From the NCBI GenBank assembly GCA_002269645.1, contig NIVC01001192.1:124001-188000 (forward strand): a stretch of 64,000 bases of DNA, read 5' to 3'. Positions 44,009-56,655 of the stretch are shown piece by piece. Origin of the DNA: Macrostomum lignano. Taxonomy: Eukaryota. The first letter of the stretch is position 1. Every line of letters begins with the position of its first letter. The translations under genes were made by a program, and so were the position numbers. The notes under the pieces are model-generated. The model had not been told where the DNA came from and made no database searches. It saw nothing but the letters and a program-made list of their open reading frames with translations.

Positions 44009-45659
44009 GTGGTTGATTTTTTCGAGAACCTTCTTCTTTCGATTTAAACCTTCTGATGGAGCTTTAAAATTTTAATTCTTCGGCGGTCATACATAACTTT
44101 TTTGATGAAAACTTCGAATTTGAAGTTAGTCAAATATTCGGATGTTTTTTAATGGTTTCACTGGGTGCTCCGTTTCAATTTTGAACTTGAATGCCCCATT
44201 GGGGGCTTGGTGCGCTAGTATTAACTAATTATAAAAACGGAACATTTTCTATGCCTATTTTATCTATAATCTTATATTAAGTGCTGCATTCAATGGTGTA
44301 TTGTTAAAACTCGCATTGAGATGCAGAATGTCTCGAAATATCCTTTGACGTGCATGTGAAATATGTTTTTTTCTGTATGTCAATTGCATGCCACGTTCTA
44401 AATGCTATCAATGGAATATGATCTATCCCATGTTTTGACTAGAGGGAAGGTAAAATTTGCACAGCTGCTTTCTGAGACTGCTCTATATTTTTTCGGTAGT
44501 TACGCTATTTCAGATATACGGAATTCACAGGCATTTGGCGGAAAGTTAACAAAAGATGCACTGGCTTGGGGTAGAAAAGTATAGTGCACAGACACGGGGA
44601 AGAAGAGTCATTTCTTCAAACGCTTTGGACATGATTTACAATTTAAATTGTTTTCTCCGTGTTCGCCGTTGCAAAAGCAAAGTAGTTTTTGAGTAAACGG
44701 ACGATATTGATCTTATATATTTCCCGGTTTAATTATATTATACACAGAGTTATACATTGTACTCTTATACTATTTTTAACAATAATTAGTTAATTAGTAC
44801 AAAAAATAGTTTTGCAATCAATTGGTGCAAACCAAACTCTTTTTAATTTGTTTGCTCCAGCGTTTCATACTAATTTTATGCACTAAAAGCAGTCAAACTG
44901 CGTAATTTACTTGCAATATTTTTATGTTTCGCAACGTATTATTCAGCTTTGTGACCTCTGCATCTGTCAGTGGCTTGCTCCTTTTGAACCTTAGCGACTA
45001 ATACAATATTGATTAATATATTCATGCTGCATTAGCCAACAGTAGAAGCGACTCACGATCATTAGGTCAAGCCTCCTTATTTAGCTTTAGCGGCAATAAT
45101 AACTAATAACTGGAACAGTGGAACTGCAGTCTAAATCAGTCTAAAATACCTAGAAGGCTGTACTGATTGCATTCTCACTATAATTCACTTGCGGTTGCAA
45201 CACTAATCATAGCAGTCCGTTTTTATTTGCTTCTTATTAAAATATATAACTTTACCTGCAATAAGTCTTATTGTTCGTCAAAAATGACAAGTGCTTTGCT
45301 TTTTACTCATTTTCTATCTTCCTAATATTTAGGTTTAGAAATTAAGATTATATTAGATCTCAGATGCTCAGCACATCTTTAGTATGTTGAATTTACGAGC
45401 TTGTCGGAGTCGCTTATGCCGCACAATAGTACCGTATTTCGTTGGCTTCTACGGTGTAACCATAGCAACGGATAGACAACTAGCGAAGCTTAGTATAAGT
45501 GTATGGATTAAAAGTTTAAAAATAGATGGGCCACTTAGGCATATTGTCTTGCTATAATAGTTTTTCTTTACTTTCAGTTCAAATAGTAAGAAAGCATGCG
45601 TAATTTTTTGCAGTGACTTGCAGACGTAAACAACTCGCTATTGGTGCAGCCGTAATGTA

Positions 45660-46872
45660 TTGGGTTGTAACAAAAGTTTCGAGCGTTTTTGTACTCAAAC
45701 TTTGAACTCATTTTTCCAGTCCCATAACAGTTTCTATTCCAGGATATAATCACCATCCTGATCAATGACCTGTTTCCATCTGGCGATGAGATCGTGGATG
45801 CCCTTCTTAAAGAACTCAGGCAGCAGCAACTTCCTCCTCGTCTTTTAACGTCACGTCATTTATGTGGTTCTGCATAGAGCGGAACAGGTGGTAGTCTGAT
45901 GGCGCAAGGTCAGGCGAGTATGGAGGGCGGGCATGACTTTCCAGCCCAGCTCGAGCAGCTTCTGCCGTGTCCTCTTTGCCACTTGGGCGTTGTCGTGAAG
46001 AAATCGAATTTTCGCGCCAGCGCCCTGCTGCTTGACAATAGCCTGGTGCAGTCTGTCCAGCTGCTCACAGTGGACATCGGCAGTGATGCTGGTGTTACGA
46101 GGCAGGAGCTCCCAGTGGACGATTCCACTGGAATTCCACCAGACGCACAGCATGACCTTTTGGTGTGAATCAGGTTTGGGCGTTGGTTGTGGCTGATCCG
46201 CCACGCCAAGCCACTGGCGCTTGCGTGTGATGTTGAAGTAGGCCACCCAGTTCTCATCGCCAGTCACCAGGTTATTAAGCCATCCTGGGTTGCGACGATA
46301 GGACAGGAGTTGGGTGCATGTGATGATGCGCTGATCCTTGTTCTCACGTGAAAGTTTGTGCGGAACCCATCGACCAAGCTTGTGCACTTAGCCGAGTTGA
46401 TGAAGGCCGCGGTTGATGGTCATGGCAGAGACCTTGAAGTACTCTGCCATTTCACGTGTTGTGAGATGTGGCTCAGCTTCAACAAGCAGGGCAAGCTGCT
46501 GGATATCGAGCTCAGGTGGGCGACCAGAGCGCTCCTTGTCTTCGAGTGATTCGTCACCCTTCTTGAACTGTGCAAACCAGGCACGGCAGCGTTGCTCGCT
46601 CAGACAGTCCTCGCCATACGCCTGACATAACTTGCGATGCGCCTCAGCTGCTGAGTCGCCCAGCTTGAAGCAGAAAAGTAAAGATGCTCGAATGAGGTGA
46701 CGTTGATCGTGTTGTTGCGTAGCCATTGTAGGTGAAGGTTGATCATAACCAAGTCGATCTGGTAGTGCGCACTGGTCACTCTTATATACCCCCATAGAAC
46801 ATTCTGAGAAATTTCTCTAGATAAAGTTCTAGAAGTTTAAAGAAAACGCTCGAAACTTTTGTTACAACCCAA
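45660..46872 (-). mobile_element. Mariner (Tc1/mariner, DD34D) transposon
   Basis: 30-bp perfect TIRs TTGGGTTGTAACAAAAGTTTCGAGCGTTTT; TA TSD. Empty site visible in the homologous units. Confidence 0.95.
45734..46726 (-). pseudogene. Mariner transposase pseudogene
   Basis: HTH, ERSGRP, WVPHKL, VTGDENW, HDNA and YSPDLAPSDY motifs. In-frame TAA at 46388-46390, a deletion at HDNA(RPH), and frameshifts near the C-terminus. Confidence 0.92.
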
Positions 46873-47295
46873 TACAAGCCAACGTTCAGCTAGCTAATAA
46901 TATAATGTACATACGTTGCAGCCTTGGGCGGAACAACCGACAAGGCTATAAAGAATTGCGGCGGTGGCGGGGCAGTCAGTGAAAGACTAGGCGGATGTGT
47001 TAACTGTTAAGCGAGGGGCGATCGACAAATCATGACATAAAGTACATTTAAAATGCTTCAATTTAATTTTCTACTGACCTAAAAGTAGCTTAGATGCAAA
47101 GGCTATACATTAATTAGTTATGTTGATTGTTACTAAACCTTCCTATTTATTAATAGAACAGTGCAGTAGTCTTATCAGCTATCGAATGGCATTGTCTATT
47201 AACAATGTTTTACCTAGCTATACCTATAAATCACTCTCGGTCTTATAGTGTCTGATATAAATAATGGTATCTGTTGTGTTTCAGAGTTAAGTACA

Positions 47296-50221
47296 ATGAA
47301 GTGCAAGTGCGTTATTCTACTGGTTTTGCTTTGGACTTGTAAGTAGAAATACCCATAAGGTAATACTGCTCTTATTGCATTCAAAGTAAACAAATTGCTT
47401 TTGTATTCAATTTAATGCTTATAGTGTACGTCAGCTCAGAAGATCAGCACTGTATGAACAATGCGATGAAGGACATCTCTGTTGAAATTGGGGACGATAA
47501 TCCGCAGAGGGTAATTCAATTTTTACTCCTTATTGCCATCAATATACGGACCCGTAATAATGATCCTGATAGGTTTTAGTTAATGATTTCCTATTGATTA
47601 ACAGTTGCTATTTTCTAATTGGTTTGCAGTTACTAGTTGCTGATTGGTTCGCAGTTGCTAGTTGCTGATTGGTTGGCAGTTGTTAGTTGCTGATTGGTTC
47701 GCAGTTGCTAGTTGCTAATTGGTTGGCAGTCACTAGTTGCTGATTAGTTGGCAGTTGTTAGTTGCTGATTGGTTGGCAGTTGCTAGTTGCTAATTGGTTG
47801 GCAGTTGCTAGTTGCTGATTGGTTAGCAGTTGTTAGTTGCTGATTGGTTGGCAGTTGCTAGCTGCTGATTGGTTGGCAGTTGCTAGCTGCTAATTGATTT
47901 ACAGTTGCTAGTTGCTAATTGTTTGGCAGTTTCTAGTTGCTGATTGGTTGGCAATTGCTAGTTGCTGATTGGTTAGCAGTTGTTAGTTGCTGATTGGTTG
48001 GCAGTTGTTAGTTGCTGATTGGTTGGCAGTTGCTAGTTGCTAATTGGTTGGCAATTGCTAGTTGCTGATTGGTTGGCAGTTGCTAGTTGCTAATTGGTTG
48101 GCAGTTGCTAGTTGCTAATTGTTTGGCAGTTGCTAGTTGCTGATTGGTTGGCAGTTTCTAGTTGCTGATTGGTTGGCAATTGCTAGTTGCTGATTGGTTG
48201 GCAGTTGCTAGTTGCTAATTGTTTGGCAGTTGCTAGTTGCTGATTGGTTGGCAGTTTCTAGTTGCTGATTGGTTGGCAGTTGCTAGTTGCTGATTGGTTG
48301 ACAGTTGCTAGTTGCTAATTGTTTGGCAGTTGCTAGTTGCTGATTGGTTGGCAATTGCTAGTTGCTGATTGGTTGGCAGTTGCTAGTTGCTGATTGGTTG
48401 GCAGTTGTTAGTTGCTAATTGGTTGGCAGTTGCTAGTTGCTGATTGGTTGGCAGTTGTTAGTTGCTGATTGGTTGGCAGTTGCTAGTTGCTAATTGGTTG
48501 GCAATCTCTAGCTGATTTTTGTAATCCGTACAAAAAACTGTATAAAACCGTAAGGTGAATTAAATTCTACGCTTCAGGTGATGTCATTTGTTCGAGACGA
48601 GCCAGGCTACCAGGTGAACCTGCAGTGCAAGTGGACTCTGCAGCCTGCCAACTACGATAATCCGAGGCAGATGTACATTCGTGTGCCCGTTATCGACTTT
48701 GACACCAGCGATGTGTCTGAGGCTCAGTGCAATATCTCCAATACCAAGGCTGATGTGTTCAGCCTGAAGTTAAAACTGAACGATAGTGAGTTTCTCAGCC
48801 GTTTCAACTCGACTTGAATTATAATTTTACGATCTTCAGTTTTTGTTTTAAACTGTTTACCTTCATTTCAGCAACGTACCGAAATGAGTTCTGGTGCTCA
48901 AACAAATCAGTGAAAGTCAAGAGCCAAATCGTGAACTTGTGGGACTCGTGAGTGTCTTGAAGCATCCGTGATTTTGGACTGGTTATTCTCTGAAGTATTA
49001 ATTATCATATTTGCTCTCTTACCTTTGCTCAGGTCGTACAAGCTGGCTTTGGAGTTCCGCTCTGACGATAAGCAAGTCCGGTCCAACGCCAAGGGAGTGC
49101 AGGTGGATGTGCAGGTGCTGGGCAGAGACTATTGCCACAGGAACATGCTGTTCTTTGAGGGCTCCTGCTATCTGATAACACCTGAGCGCCTGACACCTGC
49201 TGAGGCGTTCAGCATCGCAAAGAATTACCTTGGCAACGTCTTCACGGTTCCTAAAAACAGAAACGACTCAGGCTTTTTCCGTCCCTTCATTAAGAGAAGT
49301 GAGCATTGCGTTTATTATATGGCATGCTTTATCGCCTGTTGATCGATTTGTTGGTATCCCAATCATTGCAGACTCGGACAGAGCTGGCGAGTTCCCATTC
49401 GAGTCTCCGCTCCGCCTGACTGGCTCCATGTGGACCGGCTATTTCATAGATATTTTGTCTAGCAGTCCGCCTGCCGTTTTCAAGTCTGCGAAGTACTGCG
49501 ACCCGCAGGCCGGTTGCGGTGTTGCTTTGAGAAACTTTTCTGTGTAAGCAGTGTGAGCCACTTACTGTTGTACTGCTGTGCGTAGCCGTGACGGAGAGTA
49601 GAGGTCAAAGATTGAAAGCCTCAGTGTTATCTGTTGCATTTATCGGTGATCTTATTATTTTCTGCTTTTAGCTTTTTCAAATCGAGTTCGAAATTCGAAT
49701 ATTTCAACCGTTGTGCTGTGGCCATGCATTGGGGCAGCGGTGGCTCGGTGAATTTCACCTGCGAATCCATGGAATCTAAACTGCCAGCCATGATCGAGTT
49801 GAAGCAGATTCCTCCAACAAAAGGTGACCTGCATCCGCAGCTGTTCACATCTTGTGACACCCTGCCTCTGCCGCCAACTCCGCAGCCTCCAACTACAACA
49901 ACAGCTGAGCCTTCAACAAAAGTTCCGCCAATTTCTCCCAAACCATCCCCAGACGTACTTGAGTCCGGACTGAGTTCTAAAATCGTTATCGCGATTATAT
50001 TTCCAATTGTTTTGTTCAGCATTTTACTTTTTGTTTTGGTATTTTTCTACCTAAAACGCCGCGGTTCGCTAGCCTGTTGCAGTGCAGCCGCTCGGCAATC
50101 TAACGAAGCGGAGGCTCACGCCTTGAAACAGACTGAACAGGATGCGAGACATTCCGCAACTGCTGGAAAGGAGGATAAATTAATTGCAAATGACACGGAT
50201 GATGCTGCAGCTCGAGCGTAA
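47296..50221 (+). CDS. CUB-CTLD type I membrane receptor B4, apparently intact (466 aa, 7 exons)
   Basis: Exons 47296-47338, 47425-47510, 48578-48785, 48872-48947, 49033-49298, 49372-49543, 49672-50221, all GT-AG and in frame. TM IVIAIIFPIVLFSILLFVLVFFYL followed by KRR. Confidence 0.85.
47600..48515. repeat. 25-bp minisatellite in intron 2 of B4
   Basis: Same family as in P1-P3, with mostly GCTGATTGG variants. Confidence 0.95.
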
Positions 50222-50280
50222 TCTGACCCTCGCGGACTCGCTGTTCTGTGCAAATCTGCGCTTGCGCGCGCCTTTTGACA

Positions 50281-50529
50281 GCAACCCAACTTGGGTCCAA
50301 GCAACCCAACTTGGTTCCAAGCAACCCAACTTGGGTCCAAGCAACCCAACTTGGTTCCAAGCAACCCAACTTGGGTCCAAGCAACCCAACTTGGGTCCAA
50401 GCAACCCAACTTGGTTCCAAGCAACCCAACTTGGTTCCAAGCAACCCAACTTGGTTCCAAGCAACCCAACTTGGGTCCAAGCAACCCAAATTGGTTCCAA
50501 GCAACCCAACTTGGGTCCAAGCAACCCAA
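50281..50529. repeat. 20-bp minisatellite (GCAACCCAACTTGGKTCCAA)
   Basis: ~12 tandem copies just after the B4 stop codon. Confidence 0.95.
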
Positions 50530-50694
50530 GCGTGTGCGTGCACGTCTTGGTAGTTTTTAGGCTGCGGTTCCTGATGTAATACGAGCGCTCGTATTCCCCA
50601 TGGAATTAGCGAGGCCACACCGCTCCTTGAAGCGAACCTTAGGTCCTCTCGCACAGAAAGAGAATGCGACCGCCATTTCTGCGACACAGCACTT

Positions 50695-51098
50695 AGAATC
50701 ACTCATAGACAGCACTGAGAATCACCCATAGACAGCACTGAAAATCACCCATAGACAGCACTGAGAATCGCCCGTAGGCAGCCTGAGAATCACCCATAGG
50801 CAGCCTGAGAATCACCCATAGGCAGCCTGAGAATCACCCATAGGCAGCCGGAGAATCACCCATAGGCAGCCCGAGAATCACCCATAGGCAGCCGGAGAAT
50901 CACCCATAGGCAGCCTGAGAATCACCCATAGGCAGCCGGAGAATCACCCATAGGCAGCCCGAGAATCACCCATAGGCAGCCGGAGAATCACCCATAGGCA
51001 GCCTGAGAATCACCCATAGGCAGCCTGAGAATCACCCATAGGCAGCCTGAGAATCACCCATAGGCAGCCTGAGAATCACCCATAGACAGCATTGAGAA
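50695..51098. repeat. 22/23-bp minisatellite (TGAGAATCACCCATAGGCAGCC)
   Basis: Tandem copies; flanking units are 23-bp variants. Confidence 0.93.
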
Positions 51099-53034
51099 TA
51101 AACTATGATCGATATACTATTAATAATATACATGTAAAATGATTATTTGCTCTGAATTTTATTTCATTGCCTTTGCTCCTCTCTTGATTGCATGGAAGCT
51201 TCTCTATTTCCTTGTTCAGCAGGCTAATTCTTGGGAGATTTGCTAATATACTTGAATTTCATACGTGCCGTCTCTGCAGTGCCTAGTAATATAATTTTTG
51301 GATTAATTATTTCTTATTTGTACTATATAACAGTATAGCTCTAATATATTTTAATCATGGTAAGTTGTTCTGTACTAAAGTATTTTATAAGTAGTAGTAA
51401 TTGTATTATATTAGTAATTATAGTATACAGTAGTAATTATATTAGCTCACTTTAATTTTATTGAATTGTGTTTTAAATGCTTTTTGTTCACTTATTCAGT
51501 GTTAGAACACTTTTGTTTATTAGTATACAGCTCGTAAACGGTAAGCGCTGCGTTAAATAATATTGTTTTTAATAAACAATTTGTTCAGCAGTGAAAGGTA
51601 CTCTTAATTAATTATTCGAGAATCGCCCATAGACAGCGCCTATTCCAAGAATCACACCTATAAATCGAAAAATCATACCTAAAGAACTTTTTTCAAGCAT
51701 TAAAAGTCACAAAATTAAAAGAATACACTTTATGCACTATAGTTTTTGGTAGTTACGAGTATATCAACATTATTTTACCATGACCTTTGTGCCCGCTGGG
51801 CACTTATTCCTGCCTTGTAAAGCCATAGACTACATTTAAGCCCGCTTGCAGGAGTCAAACTTACTTTAATGCAAATTAGCGGGCAGTTAATGTCATTTAA
51901 GGCCCGATTGTCTATTTCAAACTTACTTTAATGCAAAATAGCGGGCAGTTAATGTCATTTACTGCCCGCTAATTTTGTCCCACTTTGTCAAGGACACAAA
52001 TGTCTATGGCACAATGATGGTAATACCAACGGCACCCTCTGATTTTCCCATTAACGCCCTTAAAGCATGGGTATTAATGTACTATTGTAACTGCGTGTGT
52101 GTTTCGAGCTTGAAATTAAACAGCTGCATGCAATATTGATAACATTTGCCTAAATGCTTTTAACTATTATGCAATAGTTTGGTACTTTTGGGTGATTAGT
52201 AAGATCTTCCATGTTTTTTGCCCGTGTTGGAACCGGTTTGCGCCTTTGTTAAAGCACTGGGCAGTTTTTTTGAAAACTTTAAAGCAATTTTTTAAATTGA
52301 ATTTTAAAATTTAATCTAAAAAATTGATTATGAAATATGAACAGGAATTACCACTGGAACTTGCACTATCATCTTGCCACCAGTGAAATATACGATCGTC
52401 AGTTTTTTTTTAATCTAACTTTTATTAGAGTCTGAGAGTATTACAGAATCTGATTCATCCCAGGATTATTAATCTTAAAAATGCCACGAATGGATATCAA
52501 TAGACTCAACTGACAGCAAAATATAAAATATGCGAAGGACATGCTTTGCTAGATATTTGTGTAGTTTTTTGTTGGCGCAATATAAAAATCACGTCATGCG
52601 CGTGTTATGCTGCTCTGCACGTGTCTGCATGCTACATAGTGAATCAAATTCAATTTGTTATACATGTAGCATCAAAGTCTCTGTAATTTCAAAACATTTT
52701 ATGTGGCCTGATAAAGTACTTTTCACTGTGCTTGTAACTTGTTTTATTAAATTGCGCCTAATATAAGTATTCTAATCGTAGCAAAATATCTAACTCACTC
52801 CCATCTATTTAGCTCTGTTATACTCACCTATAATTTATCATTGTTATAGTGCTACTATGCCATTCCTAATAAAACTAAATTTTACCTTGGCGTTTTACAG
52901 TGCAGTTTGTGGTTGTTGTCGTTTTGCAAACTGCACGTACTCGTAAGTAGCCTTAAGAATCATGTATAGCCATCATCTTGTTAAAGCATTTATCAGCAGC
53001 TTGAGAATTATTACCTTTAGGCAGCTTAAGAATG

Positions 53035-53170
53035 ATCCATAGGCAGCCTGAGAATCACCCATAGGCAGCCTGAGAATCACCCATAGGCATCTTGAGAATC
53101 ACCCATAGGCATCTTGAGAATCACCCATAGGCAGTCCGAGAATCACCCATAGGCCATGCCAAATCACCCA
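53035..53170. repeat. 22-bp minisatellite, second block
   Basis: Same unit as 50695-51098. Confidence 0.88.
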
Positions 53171-53654
53171 TATTGGTTTCTCAAAATGGTTTAAAGGTTT
53201 ATGTTTTAAGGATTGATAAACAGAAGGAGCTGCGGGACTTTATCGATTTTCCAAAAACGTTCACTCCTCCCTAAAACTTGACTCGCTCTGTCTAAAAAAG
53301 CGATGTAAAACTGCTAATATACTCAACAACATTAAAAATTCCCCACCTTTTAAGGTGCACAGTAAATTCCAGCTCAGTATTGACTTTTGAGTGACGCAAC
53401 TTGCGCCACGCGACGTAGAGTTGGGCTGGGTGAGGAGAGATTGGAAAGAGCGGAGGGCGAAGATTGATGGATTGAAGCTTGAACATGGATTTTGTCTTGC
53501 TTGAAAAAATCGCTGGCCATGCGATAGACAGCGGTCGAAAGGCACTGCTCACTGAGCAAAGGGTGGCGACTTTTCAATGTTGCTGAGTATACTTCAACAA
53601 ATTAATTCTCGATTATTTGCGTATTAATCGCTTCTTCGCATTTATTAACTCCAG

Positions 53655-54000
53655 TGCTACTGATAACAGACAGAGCCGCGACCCTGGAGAATTTGATCGA
53701 GCGCTGTACGTTGACAGTACGTTGAAATTAAAGCCAATGTCGACAACAGTATCCACTAGTGTCAACCTACACCATCCTCCTACGTCTGAAGAGGCTAGTT
53801 TTGCTATTGCGATAATCATTGGCGCACTAGTTGTTTTATTCGTTGTATCGACAACGCTGATTTGTTACAAAGTGGCAAGGATAGTTTATAAGAGGCGCAA
53901 CGCTTTTCCGCAGGTTAATAACACTGCACAAGTCGTAATGCCTCTTCGAAAGCATGCAAGCAATCCTGTGTATACTGCAAACAGTGTTTATGTAGTTTAA
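53655..54000 (+). other. Orphan terminal exon encoding stalk + TM + cytoplasmic tail with NPxY
   Basis: Acceptor TTAACTCCAG; S/T-rich segment; FAIAIIIGALVVLFVVSTTLICY followed by K/R residues; NPVY. The upstream candidate exon (~53230-53590) has several stops. Confidence 0.5.
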
Positions 54001-54521
54001 TAAAGGTCTCTTGCAGCCTAGTGTTGGCCTTTATGTTGGCCTAGTGCAGCCTAGCAGCTGAACTTAAAGCAAACAGATCTATGTGCATAGGTTTGGCCAA
54101 TTAGGACTTCAAACCACATCGCGTAAACTGCTGCTGCTCAATAGTAAAATCAGCCCCAGAACCGTGAAGACTGGAGAAAATTTCAAATTTTGTCAGAGGT
54201 GAGCATTCAAAATATCTATCGCAAGATTGCTGACTACCTCAAGATCAAATGTGCTTAGATGCATAGAGACAGAGCAGCTCAGTGGTAAACGCGCATCTGT
54301 ATTGCACTTATTAGGCTTTTAACTTGATGTTCCAGAGTACATTATACATCCTGTTGACTGTTTTTGTGTATTCGGTACTTCCGATGCTTTCTAATCATCA
54401 ATATTTGGTAGCTATTTTTAACTGCCTACTTTTATTTTATTCTAGCATTTGTAATTTTTTACGAGAGGGCTGTCTGGAGTCCGGAGAACACTTTTACTGT
54501 TGATTGTATCTCCTCATTAAT

Positions 54522-54985
54522 GTAAACCGCAGGCCCAGACATTTGGTGTTGATGAAAAGCGGTAAGTGTCTTCTTTAAAATAGTTTTTATTTCAGCGGCT
54601 TTGGATGGGCACTGTCAGAGATGTGATTAGTTGGGTAGAGCAAGGTCAGTTATGGACGTATAAAACCGCAAGCATCTACAAAAAATATCTGAATGGACGT
54701 CCATTTGACAGTTGAAAATTGAACAAGGGGCTGCTGTAGGTAGTCTCCCATTTACTGTATCACTTTTTGACCATAGACAACGAACGTGTGCAAAAAACCA
54801 ATATATCGTAGCTGCACGTGGCTATTAGCAGATACGGGAGGTTGTGCAAATCTATGACTAACCTTGCTCTATTCGAATGACCATGTCTCTGAAACTGCTA
54901 ATCCAAAGCCTCTGAAAGTACACTTATTTTAAAGAAGACACTTGTCGCTTTCCAGCGACACCAAATGAGTGGGCCGGTGGTTTAC
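54522..54985. mobile_element. MITE-like element with ~60-bp imperfect TIRs
   Basis: 54522-54583 is the reverse complement of 54926-54985 (core AAGTGTCTTCTTTAAAATA). Confidence 0.7.
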
Positions 54986-55609
54986 TAACGATGAGCTGCG
55001 ATCAAAAGTAACAGTTCTTTCCGGACAGCCCTTGCTGTCCGATCTGATCTGATCTCTTTTGTTGGTCATTTGAGACTTTTATTCTCAACACCACAGTATT
55101 AACATGATATTTTAAGTTTTTAATAATGACTTTATGGACATTGCGATAAACGCTATGAATAGCTAAGAAGATATAAATAAATAGTAAAGTATTTTCAAGG
55201 CAGTATTTTTGCTTTTTAAAGATTTTACTTTGCGTGTCCTAATTTCTGTCCGATGTCTATTGCAGTGGCAATGCTCTTATAGTTAAAAGTGCACTTAACA
55301 AACAAAATAGTCCTGCGGGGCTCGTCTGTCCGATATTTTCTAATAGACCGATTTCATCTGACGCATTTCTGGCTTCAAACGGCCTTTGAATTATCCAGTG
55401 TCATGGTAAAATTCAAATTGACATATAGGTACGAACGTAAATTCAAATTCAAATACCAGAGATTATGGTAAAAATATTGTCTGTAATTTAATTCTACAAA
55501 TTGAAGATTTTCTGATAGCACTAGTTTCTCTAATTTTTTTGAATTTTCATCAAAGCTACTATTAAATTAATCAGCTACTTCTTTTACTTTAGATTACATT
55601 TTATATAGC

Positions 55610-56385
55610 TTTTTGCAGCCCATTTGGGCTTACGCGCATTTAATTTAATCCAATATAGGTTTACCCAAGGTACCCAAGGTTTACCAATGTAACGGAGCTT
55701 TTGTCTATGGTAGCAAGGCTGCCACAGCGGCACTTAATCTGGTCCAACAAGCATCAATTTGGTCCATAGCTTCATTTGCAACTGTTGCGGTGGAGCAAGA
55801 TCAGCCCCAGAATTGTGAACCATGCTAGGTTGTCGAACGTATGCCACTGGCTTGTGATCAAAGCACTCAACAGAGGTGAACACCCAAAGGACATTGCAAG
55901 GTTGCTGAATATAGAAGAAAGATGGTTTACAGCATCCATCAGCGTGTTGAAACCACTTCTGGCATAGGTCGCCTGTGAAAGGTGGCAATCGCCAAGGCAA
56001 TTTGCTAGAGACTCAGGTCCAACTGCTACTTAATGCAATTGAGACGAACCCTTTTTTGACGTTGCAGAAAATGCAGCAGCAGTTGAAGGAACAGTTCCAG
56101 TTGGTTATCAGATTCTGACTATCAGCAGAGCTATGGAAAAGCGACTGAAAATTGCTGGTAGAGACGCTGACCTTCCAGCGGTGCGCAACAACCCTTAGGC
56201 GGTTGCGAGAAGGCAAGGGTTTGCCATTGGCTCACAAGAATTTGGACCAAATTGATGCTTGTTGGACTAAATCAAATGCCGCTGTGCCAGCCTTGCTACC
56301 ATAGACAAAAGCTCCGTTACATTGGCAAACCTATATTGGATTAAATTCAATGCGCGTAAGCCCAAATAAGCTGCAAAAAGCGATA
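55610..56385 (+). mobile_element. Internally deleted Tc1/IS630-like DNA transposon
   Basis: Inverted repeats of roughly 140-165 bp (~55610-55775 / ~56245-56385). Interior has HTH-like remnants (IKALNRGEHPKDIARLLNI; LLNAIETNPFLTLQKMQQQL). Confidence 0.7.
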
Positions 56386-56655
56386 TTTAATATTCTTAGA
56401 GAGCTCTTGTCGGTCACTGTTGAAGTACTTCACTCTCTATGATGATAATGGTCCATATACTTGGTTTAGTGCTGTAGGATTCTGGCAATGTACGGTAGAT
56501 TGCTGTAAGAGACATACAGTAGGTATAGGTTTAATTTTTTGTAGCTAATTACAATTGTGATGCTGTTCCTGTTTCAAATCCATGCCAATAACAAATTTAC
56601 GAGCGTAGTGTGCAATAATCAACAACTATTCTGTATTATTTCAGCTTCCGCCAAT

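Noticed and set aside
50100-50702. ORFs over the 20-bp repeat
   Set aside because: Repeat-derived and downstream of the B4 stop codon.
51845-51971. ~60-bp direct repeat ending in an 11-bp hairpin (TAGCGGGCAGT/ACTGCCCGCTA), possible Helitron 3' end
   Set aside because: No CTRR terminus at the expected distance and no 5' TC end identified.
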